A stretch of 64,000 bases of DNA, taken from Bacillota bacterium. GTDB lineage: Bacteria; Bacillota; Dehalobacteriia; UBA4068. Below are positions 46,802 through 55,177 of the stretch, piece by piece (the first letter of the stretch is position 1; the number at the start of each line of letters is the position of its first letter). Under the pieces are notes generated by a model. It worked only from the letters and a program-made list of their open reading frames with translations. It did not search any database and was not told the DNA's origin. A program made the position numbers and the translations under genes. Location: NCBI GenBank assembly GCA_030527285.1, contig JAUNBC010000004.1, forward strand, positions 5,781 through 69,780. Direction: 5' to 3'.

Positions 46802-46829
46802 TTGCATTGAAGGTTTTTTGTGATATAAT
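46802..46829 (+). promoter_or_regulatory. sigma-A type promoter (extended -10) for the PBP1A gene
   Basis: TTGCAT (46802-46807), 16 nt, TG-a-TATAAT (46821-46829). A second candidate is TTGACG (46740-46745), 17 nt, TATGCT. Confidence 0.65.
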
Positions 46830-46862
46830 ATAATGTAATGTTTGCTTTTGCGGAGGAATAAA

Positions 46863-49685
46863 ATGACCAGAAAAACTAATAGCAGGCATGACGCTAAGCA
46901 TACGCAAAAAAACCAGCGGCCGCATAAAAAACGGCGCGTATTTTTGACTATATTCTTGACCCTGGTGATGCTCGGCCTGGTCGCTTGTTTATTCGTTGGC
47001 GGCTGGGTATTGTCGATCGCCCGCGAGCTGCCGGAGATCACTTCCGACGACCTGGTGTCGGCGCAGACCAGCTTCGTCTATGATCAGAACGGAGTCGAGG
47101 TAGCGGCTCTGCACGGCGCGGAGAACCGCGTCTCCGTGACTTTGGCGGAGATGCCGGAGGAGCTGATCGACGCGGTCATCGCTACCGAGGACAGGCGTTT
47201 CTACGAGCATAACGGCGTGGACGTGCGCTCGGTGCTGCGCGCTATCGTCGTCGATACCATAGATACGATCAAAAACGGCGAGCTGACCTTTACTCAGGGC
47301 GCGTCTACCATTACCATGCAGCTGATGCGCAACGTCATCGACGAGAATGAAAAAACGATGGTGCGCAAGGTCAAGGAGGCGCTGCTGGCGCTGCAATTTG
47401 AGAAGAACTATGATAAGGACGAGATACTCACCTATTATTTGAACGAGATCTATACCGGCCCCAATACCTACGGTATGCAGGCGGCGGCTGAGTATTATTT
47501 TGGCAAGAATATCGGCGAATGCAGCATTTCCGAATGCGCGCTGATCATCGGCCTGCTGCGTAATGCCGGCTATTATTCGCCCTACGCCTATCCGGAGCGC
47601 GCGTTGAACGTGCGCAATACCGTGCTCAATAATATGGCGCTGACCTTCCCCGATAAATACGGCGAGCGCGCCGAGCTGGCCAAGGCGGACGAGCTGATCG
47701 TCATCGAGGGCGGCCATGACGGCGCGGATTACGACTATCCGTGGTATGTTGATTACGTGATCACCGAGGCGGCGCAGGTGTTGATGGATATGGGCATGAG
47801 CGAGTCCTACGTCTATTCCGGCGGTCTGAACATTTACACCTCGCTCGATACCTCGGTACAAGCGGCGCTGGAAACAGTTTACGCCGATGACGAGAACTTC
47901 CCCGAAAGCACTTCCGGCGATATCATCGAAAGCGGCATGTGCATCGTGGAGCCGTCTACCGGCCAGATCAAGGGTCTGATCGGCGGCCGCGTCTATGAGG
48001 CGCGCCGCGGCTTCAACCGCGCTACCGACCTGATACGCTCTCCCGGCTCGACGATCAAGCCGCTGGTCGTGTACGGTCCGGCGGTGGACGTCGGCTATGG
48101 CGCGGGTACGGTGATCGACGATGCTCCGACCGGCTTCGCCGGCGGTTATTCGCCTGACAATGACGACGGCAAATACCAGGGCCGCATCACCATGCGCGCG
48201 GCGATCATGGGCTCGCGCAATGTCTGCGCGGTGAAGATGCTGCAAACGATCGGCGCGGAGGTCGGCTGGAGCTACGGCGTTAAGCTGGGGCTGGACCTGG
48301 TGCCGGAGGATGCGCAGCTGGCGATGGCTTTGGGCGGCTTGACCTACGGCGTATCGCCGCTGCAAATGGCGGCGGCCTTTGCCTCTTTCGCTAATAACGG
48401 CATCTACACCGAGCCCTATGCCGTGACCAGTATCGTCGATATGAACGGACAAGTCATCTATACGGCGACTCCGGAGATGGAGCAGGTATTTTCCGAGCAG
48501 ACCGCCTATATCGTCACCGATATGCTGACCTCGGCGGTCAGCGGCGGTACCGGTACCGCCGCGCGGATCAGCGGTTGGCAGACCGCCGGTAAAACCGGCA
48601 CCAACGGCTTGCCGCGCGCCGTCGACGACCCCGATTATGCCGGACGCACCGGCACCAAGGACGCGTGGTTCGTCGGCTATACCAAGGCTTTGGCCGGCGC
48701 GGTATGGATGGGCTATGACAATAAAAAAGACGAAGAAGGCACCTTGCAATATCTGACCAATCTCTATGGCGGCACCTATCCGGCGCGCCTGTTCAATAAG
48801 GTAATGACGCTGGCTCTGGAGAATTACGAGGTGCAGAGCTTCACTCGTCCCGAGGGTGTGAGCGGCGTTACTATCGACCTCAAATCCGGCGCTTTGCCTA
48901 CCGAGCTGACGCCGGAGGAATTCATTGGCAGCGAGCTGTATAATACCGCTTTTGGCCCCAGCGGGGATGAGAATTTATGGGTAGAGGTGGAAATATGCTC
49001 CACCACCGGCCTGCTGGCCGGCGCCTATTGTCCGGCTCGCGAGCTCAAGGTGCTGATGTCCTACCCCGAAGGCGAAGCGCCCTCGGACAAGGTGGCGGAT
49101 TATGAATGGTATGTGCCGGCCAGTACCTGCTCGATACATAGCAGCGGTTCTATCGGCGGCGGTCAAGGCGTACAGGTCTGCACCGATCCCAGGCACCAGG
49201 GGCAGGTATTCTTAGCCAATATCAGCTCCAGCGGCGAAGGCGGCTGCCCCGAGGAATATATTCAGACGCGCTATTATGTCGGCAGTTATCTGCCGAGCAA
49301 ATACTGCGACCTTGAGGATCATGCGATCACCGGCGGCACGCAGGTCAATAGCGGCAGCAGCAGCGGCGACAACGGAAGCGGTATCACCTTTACGCCGCAG
49401 GTAGCGCCGGAGCTGGAAACGCCGTATAGAATGAATATCAGCGCCGACGGCGGCAATATCACCGTGACGTGGCGCGCTACCAATGATATATCTACCACCG
49501 TCTATGTTGTGGAGCGCGTTGTTGACGGCGATACGGAGGGGCGGCAGCGCTTTACCACCAGCGCCTTCAGCTATACCGACGCCAATATGGAGCCCGGTCA
49601 CAGCTACAGCTATCGCGTCTATGCCTATAACGCCGAGTGGCAAGTGACCAGCGATTGGTCGGATACGGTTTCTATCGAACTATAA
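46863..49685 (+). CDS. bifunctional class A penicillin-binding protein (PBP1A) with Cys-motif linker and C-terminal FN3 domain
   Basis: Start MTRKTNSRHD after GGAGGAATAAA. Glycosyltransferase EDRRFYEHNGVD. Transpeptidase STIKP, SRN, KTGT. C-terminal CSTTGLLAGAYCP-type motifs and an FN3-like domain (49381-49682). Confidence 0.92.
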   Translation: MTRKTNSRHDAKHTQKNQRPHKKRRVFLTIFLTLVMLGLVACLFVGGWVLSIARELPEITSDDLVSAQTSFVYDQNGVEVAALHGAENRVSVTLAEMPEELIDAVIATEDRRFYEHNGVDVRSVLRAIVVDTIDTIKNGELTFTQGASTITMQLMRNVIDENEKTMVRKVKEALLALQFEKNYDKDEILTYYLNEIYTGPNTYGMQAAAEYYFGKNIGECSISECALIIGLLRNAGYYSPYAYPERALNVRNTVLNNMALTFPDKYGERAELAKADELIVIEGGHDGADYDYPWYVDYVITEAAQVLMDMGMSESYVYSGGLNIYTSLDTSVQAALETVYADDENFPESTSGDIIESGMCIVEPSTGQIKGLIGGRVYEARRGFNRATDLIRSPGSTIKPLVVYGPAVDVGYGAGTVIDDAPTGFAGGYSPDNDDGKYQGRITMRAAIMGSRNVCAVKMLQTIGAEVGWSYGVKLGLDLVPEDAQLAMALGGLTYGVSPLQMAAAFASFANNGIYTEPYAVTSIVDMNGQVIYTATPEMEQVFSEQTAYIVTDMLTSAVSGGTGTAARISGWQTAGKTGTNGLPRAVDDPDYAGRTGTKDAWFVGYTKALAGAVWMGYDNKKDEEGTLQYLTNLYGGTYPARLFNKVMTLALENYEVQSFTRPEGVSGVTIDLKSGALPTELTPEEFIGSELYNTAFGPSGDENLWVEVEICSTTGLLAGAYCPARELKVLMSYPEGEAPSDKVADYEWYVPASTCSIHSSGSIGGGQGVQVCTDPRHQGQVFLANISSSGEGGCPEEYIQTRYYVGSYLPSKYCDLEDHAITGGTQVNSGSSSGDNGSGITFTPQVAPELETPYRMNISADGGNITVTWRATNDISTTVYVVERVVDGDTEGRQRFTTSAFSYTDANMEPGHSYSYRVYAYNAEWQVTSDWSDTVSIEL

Positions 49686-49743
49686 ACCGCCGCGCTATGG
49701 CGCGGGCGGCGTATAGATAAAAAGCAAAAAAGGAGGTTAGCGC

Positions 49744-50937
49744 ATGACAAAGAGCTTTGAAGAGATCAACGAAAAGATCCGCGCAGGCAAAGCGGTAGTA
49801 GTCACCGCCGAGGAAGTCATCGGTATTGCTAAAGATATCGGCATAAAGGAAGCGGCGAGAAAAGTTGACGTAGTAACAACGGGGACGTTCGGCATCATGT
49901 GCTCCTCCGGCGCTTTTCTTAATTTCTGGCATACCAAGCCCAAGATGAAGATGCAGCATATTTATCTGGACGGCGTACCGGCGGGCGGCGGCATGGCGGC
50001 GGTCGATTGCTATATCGGCGCTACCGCTATCCCCGAGAACGACCCGGCTAACTCGCATCATCCGGGGCATTTCCGTCATGGCGGCGGCCATGTGATCGAG
50101 GATCTGATCGCCGGCCGCGCGGTGGAATTGCGCGCTACGGCCTACGGCACCGATTGCTATCCGCGCCGCAGCCTGGAGCAGACGATCACCCTGGCTGATC
50201 TGCGGCAGGCGTATATCTTCTCGCCGCGCAACAGCTATCAGAATTATAATGCCGGCGTCAACTGCTCGGATAAAACTGTTTATACATATATGGGCATACT
50301 CAAGCCGCATATGGCAAACGTCCATTATTCCTCCGCCGGACAGCTATCGCCGCTGCTCAACGACCCCTATTATCGCACGCTGGGCATTGGCAGCCGCATC
50401 TTTCTCGGCGGCGGCGAGGGTTTCATCGCCTGGGAGGGCACGCAGCATGCGCCCGACGACCCGCGCGATCAACGCGGCCTGCCGCTGGGCGGCGCCGGTA
50501 CCATCGCGGTGATCGGCGATATGAAGCAGATGGACGCGCGCTTTGTGCGCGGCGTCAGCATCACCGGTTACGGCGTATCGATGATGACCGGCATCGGCGT
50601 ACCGATACCGATACTCGATGAGGAAATGCTCTATTACACTACCGTGACCGACGCTGACATCATGGCTCCGATCTGCGATTACGGTCCGGACGGTTATCCG
50701 ACCGGCGAGCCGTGCGTGCTCGGTCATGTCAGCTATGCCGAGCTGAAAAGCGGCGAGATCGACTTCATGGGCAAAAAGATCCGCACCGCACCGCTGTCCA
50801 GCTATGCCAAGGCCAGAGAGATCGCCGCTATGCTCAAGAGCTGGATCAGCGACGGCAAATTCCTGCTCGGGCAGCCTTCGCGTACCTTGCGCAGCGCCGC
50901 CGATTATCAGCCGGGAGGTGTTTTCGATGATAAATAA
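49744..50937 (+). CDS. homocysteine biosynthesis protein, COG1900/DUF39 family
   Basis: MTKSFEEINEKIRAGKAVVVTAEEV...VDVVTTGTFGIMCSSGAFLNF is typical of DUF39. RBS AGGAGG. Confidence 0.85.
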   Translation: MTKSFEEINEKIRAGKAVVVTAEEVIGIAKDIGIKEAARKVDVVTTGTFGIMCSSGAFLNFWHTKPKMKMQHIYLDGVPAGGGMAAVDCYIGATAIPENDPANSHHPGHFRHGGGHVIEDLIAGRAVELRATAYGTDCYPRRSLEQTITLADLRQAYIFSPRNSYQNYNAGVNCSDKTVYTYMGILKPHMANVHYSSAGQLSPLLNDPYYRTLGIGSRIFLGGGEGFIAWEGTQHAPDDPRDQRGLPLGGAGTIAVIGDMKQMDARFVRGVSITGYGVSMMTGIGVPIPILDEEMLYYTTVTDADIMAPICDYGPDGYPTGEPCVLGHVSYAELKSGEIDFMGKKIRTAPLSSYAKAREIAAMLKSWISDGKFLLGQPSRTLRSAADYQPGGVFDDK

Positions 50938-51349
50938 TCAACAAGTCACCAAAAATGTGATCCTGCGCTTTTCTCCCGACGTGGTCGACCGGCCGATAGT
51001 CTATGAGCTGGTTACCGAGTATCATCTGATACCGAATATCATCAAGGCCTCGGTCAATCCCGAGCGCGAGGGCTATATCGTGCTCGGCCTGACCGGCACC
51101 GAGGATAACTTTGAGCGCGGCGTGTTCTATATGCAAGGCCTCGGCATGGAGGTGCAGCTGTTGGCTGACCGTGTCAGCTGGGACGACAACATTTGTACCC
51201 AATGCGGCGCTTGCACCGCCGTTTGTCCCGCCGGCGCGCTGTCTTTGCGGCGGCCGGAAATGGAGCTGCATTTTGACAGCGAGAAATGTATTGTTTGTCA
51301 TATGTGTATCGAGGCGTGTCCTGTTAGTGCCGTACACTTAGATTTTTAG
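50927..51349 (+). CDS. NIL-domain / 2x[4Fe-4S] ferredoxin protein (partner of COG1900)
   Basis: Start MINNQQVTKNVILRF, 11-nt overlap with the upstream gene. NIL domain, then CTQCGACTAVCP and CIVCHMCIEACP. Confidence 0.8.
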   Translation: MINNQQVTKNVILRFSPDVVDRPIVYELVTEYHLIPNIIKASVNPEREGYIVLGLTGTEDNFERGVFYMQGLGMEVQLLADRVSWDDNICTQCGACTAVCPAGALSLRRPEMELHFDSEKCIVCHMCIEACPVSAVHLDF

Positions 51350-51356
51350 CGTTCTG

Positions 51357-51374
51357 ACAAAAATAAGCGGCGCA
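51357..51374 (+). repeat. 18-nt direct repeat, copy 1 (ACAAAAATAAGCGGCGCA)
   Basis: Identical to 51483-51500. Begins 8 nt after the NIL-ferredoxin stop codon. Confidence 0.9.
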
Positions 51375-51405
51375 TAAGTTCGTCACGGCTTCCGGCGGCT
51401 GCGTC

Positions 51406-51428
51406 GGCGTATGTTTTGATACGCCTTT
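51406..51428 (+). terminator. short hairpin with T-run between the two repeat copies
   Basis: GGCGTAT-gttttg-ATACGCC followed by TTT. Confidence 0.3.
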
Positions 51429-51482
51429 GCTCGCCGCTCTCGCCGTTCCTGCTTCTGCTTGCTTCTTTTTGCCAGACTTATA

Positions 51483-51500
51483 ACAAAAATAAGCGGCGCA
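51483..51500 (+). repeat. 18-nt direct repeat, copy 2 (ACAAAAATAAGCGGCGCA)
   Basis: Identical to 51357-51374. Ends 35 nt before the UPF0280 start codon. Confidence 0.9.
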
Positions 51501-51535
51501 CAGGCGCGGCAATACCGCTATTATCCGAGGTTTGT

Positions 51536-52273
51536 ATGCAAGAGGAAAGATTTTATCGCGCCGGGTACGGCGGCGATCTTGAAAGCTATCGTCTGACCAT
51601 CGGCGAGACTGATCTGGCGATCTGTGTGCCGGAAGGCGTTTGGCATGAGCATAGCGGCAAAAAGACGGCCGACTATATCACCAATCAGCGGCGCTTATTG
51701 CAGGAGTACATAGTGCGGCATCCCGAGTTCGCCTCAAGCCATACGCCGCTGCCCGTGGATAAGGGCGCGCCGGCGGTGGCGCGCATCATGATGGTCGCCG
51801 CTAACAAGGCCGGCGTTGGACCGATGGCGGCGGTGGCGGGTACCTTTGCGCTGCTGGCCGGCCGTCTGCTCAGTTATTACAGCGACAATGTGATCGTCGA
51901 GAACGGCGGTGATATTTACCTCAAGAGCAGCCGGCCGCGTACGGTCGGCGTATATGCCGGCGACAGCCCTTTTTCCGGGCTCGTCGGCGTCGTCGTGCCG
52001 GCGGGAAAAACGCCGTGCGGCGTTTGTACCAGCTCCGGCACGGTGGGCAGCTCTTTCAGCTATGGCGTGGCCGACGCGGCTTTGATCTTTGCCGCTGATG
52101 CGCCGTTGGCCGACGCGGTAGCCACCGCCGCCGCCAATCTTGTGCATCAGCCCGGGGACGTGGAGGCCGCCGCTGACTATGCGCTCGGTATCGAGGGCGT
52201 ATACGGCGCGGTGGTGATCTGCAAGGACAAGCTGGCGATCGCCGGCGAGCTGGAATTGGTCAAGACCGCCTGA
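51536..52273 (+). CDS. UPF0280 / COG2122 (ApbE-superfamily-like) protein
   Basis: Start MQEERFYRAG after GAGG. Family motifs GVGPMAAVAG, ENGGDIY, CTSSGTVG. Confidence 0.85.
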   Translation: MQEERFYRAGYGGDLESYRLTIGETDLAICVPEGVWHEHSGKKTADYITNQRRLLQEYIVRHPEFASSHTPLPVDKGAPAVARIMMVAANKAGVGPMAAVAGTFALLAGRLLSYYSDNVIVENGGDIYLKSSRPRTVGVYAGDSPFSGLVGVVVPAGKTPCGVCTSSGTVGSSFSYGVADAALIFAADAPLADAVATAAANLVHQPGDVEAAADYALGIEGVYGAVVICKDKLAIAGELELVKTA

Positions 52274-52383
52274 AGAATTTGCCGTTTGGGCGGCGTATAA
52301 GAGGAATCAGGCGGCGCGGGCGCAAATATTAGTAGCATAGCGTAATAACGCTTGACTAATACACAGTAAAGCGAGGGGCTTTT

Positions 52384-53136
52384 ATGTCAGGTCATTCCAA
52401 ATGGGCGAATATCAAAAGAAAAAAGGGCGCGAACGACGCGGAGCGCGGCAAGATCTTTACCAAGATCGCCAAGGAGATACAGGTGGCGGTGCGTGCCGGC
52501 GGCCCCGACCCGGACGGCAACTTCCGGCTCAAGATGTGCATACAAAAGGCCAAAGCCAATAATATGCCGGCCGATAATATCAACCGCTGCATACAGAAAG
52601 CGGCCGGAGCAGGCACGGACGGCGCGGCGATCGAGGAGTTCTTCTATGAGGGCTACGGCGCGGGCGGCGTAGCCGTGCTCTGCGATATGATGACCGATAA
52701 CCGCACCCGCGCGGCGGCGGAAATACGCTATCTGTTCTCGCGCAATAACGGCAATCTTGGCGAGAGCGGCTGCGTATCGTATATGTTCGAGCGCAAGGGC
52801 GAGATCGCGGTGGACGCCGCCGGTGTGGATGAGGATGAGCTGATGATGGCCGCCCTTGACGCGGGCGCCGAGGATATGAGCGTCGATGAGGAGCGAGCTA
52901 CCATCGTCACCGCACCCGGCGATGTGGAGGCGGTGCAGCAGGCGCTGAGCGAGGCCGGATTCACGGTGATCGAATCGCAGGTAGTGATGTCGCCGTCCAA
53001 TACTATCGAGATCACCGATCTGGAAACGGCGGAAAAGGTGATCAAGCTGATCTCGGCATTAGAGGATAACGACGACGTGCGCGAGGTCTACGCCAATTAC
53101 GATATCGCCGACGCGATCATCGAGCAAATGGAATAA
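52384..53136 (+). CDS. yebC: YebC/PmpR family DNA-binding transcriptional regulator
   Basis: MSGHSKWANIKRKKG... 250 aa. Confidence 0.93.
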   Translation: MSGHSKWANIKRKKGANDAERGKIFTKIAKEIQVAVRAGGPDPDGNFRLKMCIQKAKANNMPADNINRCIQKAAGAGTDGAAIEEFFYEGYGAGGVAVLCDMMTDNRTRAAAEIRYLFSRNNGNLGESGCVSYMFERKGEIAVDAAGVDEDELMMAALDAGAEDMSVDEERATIVTAPGDVEAVQQALSEAGFTVIESQVVMSPSNTIEITDLETAEKVIKLISALEDNDDVREVYANYDIADAIIEQME

Positions 53137-53158
53137 ACGGTTGATCGAGCCGCAATAC

Positions 53159-53188
53159 AAAGACCTTGCAAAGCAAGGTCTTTTTTTT
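53159..53188 (+). terminator. rho-independent terminator after yebC
   Basis: GACCTTGC-aaa-GCAAGGTC followed by T8. Confidence 0.85.
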
Positions 53189-53307
53189 GTATGCGGGAGC
53201 GGGCGGCGGCGGCCATTGCCCCATTAGCAGGAATAGCCGCAGATAGAGCGAATATACCGTTATGTTCCGCGTATTTCCGGCAATTTTGACGATAGGGGAA
53301 GCGACGC

Positions 53308-53883
53308 ATGGCCGTATTGCATAATGCGCTTGACCGTTTCAGCCTGCGCGATCTATTGCTGATCGCGGTGATGGCGGCGCTGGGCGTGGCCTTGAAACCG
53401 ATCATCGTGCCGTTGGCGCATCTGGTCAGCGCGCCGCTATTGATACCGGGCGGCGCTTTGGCCGGCGGTCTGTATATGATGTGGCTGGTGGTGGCGATGG
53501 GGCTGACGCAGAAGCGCGGTACGGCTACCCTGGTCGGATTAGTGCAGGCGCTGCTGGTGACCGTCACCGGCATTGTCGGCAGTCATGGGCTGATGAGCCT
53601 GTTCAGCTATACGTTGCCCGGCGTGATCCTGGACTTGCTGCTGCTGCTGATCGGGCATCGCGTCTGCTGCCGCTATTGCACGTTTATTGCCGGCATGGCA
53701 GCCAATATCGCCGGCGCGGTCTGCGTCAATCTGATCTTTTTCCGCCTGCCGCTGATACCGCTGCTGCTATCGCTGGCGGTGGCGGCTTTTTCCGGCGGCT
53801 TGGGCGGTTTGTTAGCTTGGGAGCTGCTGCAGGCGCTGAAAAAGTATCATATCGGCTTTCATGGCGGCGCGAAGCAAGAATAG
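53308..53883 (+). CDS. ECF-transporter S (substrate-capture) component-like membrane protein, specificity unknown
   Basis: 191 aa, about 6 hydrophobic helices, YkoE/ThiW-like layout. First gene of an operon with two EcfA-type ATPases and an EcfT. Confidence 0.65.
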   Translation: MAVLHNALDRFSLRDLLLIAVMAALGVALKPIIVPLAHLVSAPLLIPGGALAGGLYMMWLVVAMGLTQKRGTATLVGLVQALLVTVTGIVGSHGLMSLFSYTLPGVILDLLLLLIGHRVCCRYCTFIAGMAANIAGAVCVNLIFFRLPLIPLLLSLAVAAFSGGLGGLLAWELLQALKKYHIGFHGGAKQE

Positions 53884-53906
53884 CGTCTGATATAAGGGAG
53901 TTTGCG

Positions 53907-54410
53907 GTGAAAACAAAGCGTATCTGGGCGATAATGATATTCTTAGCGGCGGCGATCGCGGTTCTGGCGCTGCTCAACCGGCCTGCCGTCGATACCGACG
54001 CCGAGGTGCTGTCGCTGGTGGCGGAGGGACAGGTGCTGCGCGTCTATACCTACGGCGAGCTGAAAGAGCTGCCCTGCGTCGAGGTGGAGAAGGAGATACG
54101 CTCCGCCGGCTTCAAAAGCAAGGAAGGCTTGTGGCGCGGCGTGCCGCTGCGCACGATCTTTGCCGACGCCGGTATCGACCTTAGCTCCTATAAGCAGGTG
54201 GTGACGCGCGCCGACGATAGCTTTGTTTCCGCCTTCAGCGTCGAGGAGGTGTTGGCGGATGATAATATCTTCATCGCCTACAGCTTCAACGGCCATGATA
54301 TAGGCGGCCAGGAGGATGGCGGCGACGGGCCGCTGCGCATCGTTATCAGCAAGGATATCTTCGGCACGCGCTCCACACGCTGGCTGTATCAGTTGGAGCT
54401 GCAGCGATGA
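53907..54410 (+). CDS. membrane-anchored exported protein with sulfite-oxidase/YedY-type molybdopterin-binding-domain signature (167 aa)
   Basis: GTG start 6 nt after AAGGGAG. Signal-anchor IWAIMIFLAAAIAVLALL. Domain pattern LKELPCVEVE...WRGVPLRTIFADAG...IFIAYSFNGHDI...DGPLRIVISKDIFGTRSTRWLYQLEL parallels the Oxidored_molyb consensus. Confidence 0.6.
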   Translation: MKTKRIWAIMIFLAAAIAVLALLNRPAVDTDAEVLSLVAEGQVLRVYTYGELKELPCVEVEKEIRSAGFKSKEGLWRGVPLRTIFADAGIDLSSYKQVVTRADDSFVSAFSVEEVLADDNIFIAYSFNGHDIGGQEDGGDGPLRIVISKDIFGTRSTRWLYQLELQR

Positions 54411-55177
54411 CGGCGGAACGCGAGCGCCTGCTGTCCGTTGCAGGGCTGAGCTTTGCCTATCAGCCCGAACGGCTGCTGCTGGATAATATCAGCTTTGAGC
54501 TGTCAGGCGGGCAGCTGCTGGTGCTGGCCGGTCTTTCCGGCAGCGGCAAGACCACTTTAGCGCATATACTGACCGGCATCATTCCCGCCTGCATCGCCGG
54601 GGAGCCAAGCGGCAGCGTGCGCGTGTGCGGCGAGGATATCGCCGGCAAAAAACCGGCGCAGCTGGCCGAGCGGATCGCGCTGGTGTTTCAGGACAGCGAC
54701 GCGCAGCTGATCGCCGCCACCGTTGAGGGCGAGTTGGCCTTCGGTCTGGAAAACCTCTGCGTCGCGCCGGCGGAGATACGCGAGCGGGTTGACCGCCAGC
54801 TGGCCGGTCTGGGTTTTACCGGTTTGGCCGAGCGCCATCCCGACAGCCTGTCCGGCGGGCAGAAAAAGCTGCTGGCGCTGGGCGCGGTGCTGATTTTGGA
54901 GCCGCGCGTGATCATCTTCGACGAGCCGTTCGCGCATTTGGACGAGCAGGGGCGGGAGCTGGTCAAGCGGGCGCTGATGGCCTTGCGCGAGCAGGGGCGG
55001 GGACTGCTGCTGATCGAGCATGATCTGTCGCTGGTAGATTATGCCGATAGCTGGCTGATATTGCATGAGGGGCGTATCGTGGCCGAGGATAGCCCGGCGG
55101 CCTTGCTGGAGCAGCGCGAGCGGCTGCGCGCATGGCAGCTTTGGTACGACGAGGACGACGGCGGGGAGCTGCGATGA
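54407..55177 (+). CDS. ECF/ABC transporter ATPase (dedicated module, A)
   Basis: ATGA overlap with the upstream gene. Walker A GLSGSGKTT, signature LSGGQKK, Walker B IIFDEP. Confidence 0.88.
   Translation: MTAERERLLSVAGLSFAYQPERLLLDNISFELSGGQLLVLAGLSGSGKTTLAHILTGIIPACIAGEPSGSVRVCGEDIAGKKPAQLAERIALVFQDSDAQLIAATVEGELAFGLENLCVAPAEIRERVDRQLAGLGFTGLAERHPDSLSGGQKKLLALGAVLILEPRVIIFDEPFAHLDEQGRELVKRALMALREQGRGLLLIEHDLSLVDYADSWLILHEGRIVAEDSPAALLEQRERLRAWQLWYDEDDGGELR

Noticed and set aside
46989-48749. 586-aa minus-strand ORF antisense to the PBP1A gene
   Set aside because: It is the longest spurious ORF in the window. It is Arg/Ala/Gly/His-rich and low in complexity. The plus strand encodes all class A PBP signature motifs in order.
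51490-51504. 15-nt match TAAGCGGCGCACAGG between this spacer and the typA-nudC spacer (62814-62828), considered as a possible dispersed repeat family
   Set aside because: A single 15-mer coincidence is within chance expectation for 64 kb of biased sequence on both strands, and the flanks do not align.
51324-51512. 62-aa minus-strand ORF spanning the two 18-nt repeats (LCAAYFC at both ends)
   Set aside because: The repeated peptide ends are simply the translated repeat. There is no SD, and the ORF overlaps the ferredoxin gene's 3' end. I treat the repeat as a DNA/RNA-level feature instead.
53189-53307. Possible riboswitch (Moco/Tuco, THI-box, cobalamin) upstream of the ECF S-component gene
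   Set aside because: I could not recognise conserved cores of these classes by eye, and the region is short (about 120 nt). This remains untested by covariance models, so it is a negative by inspection only.
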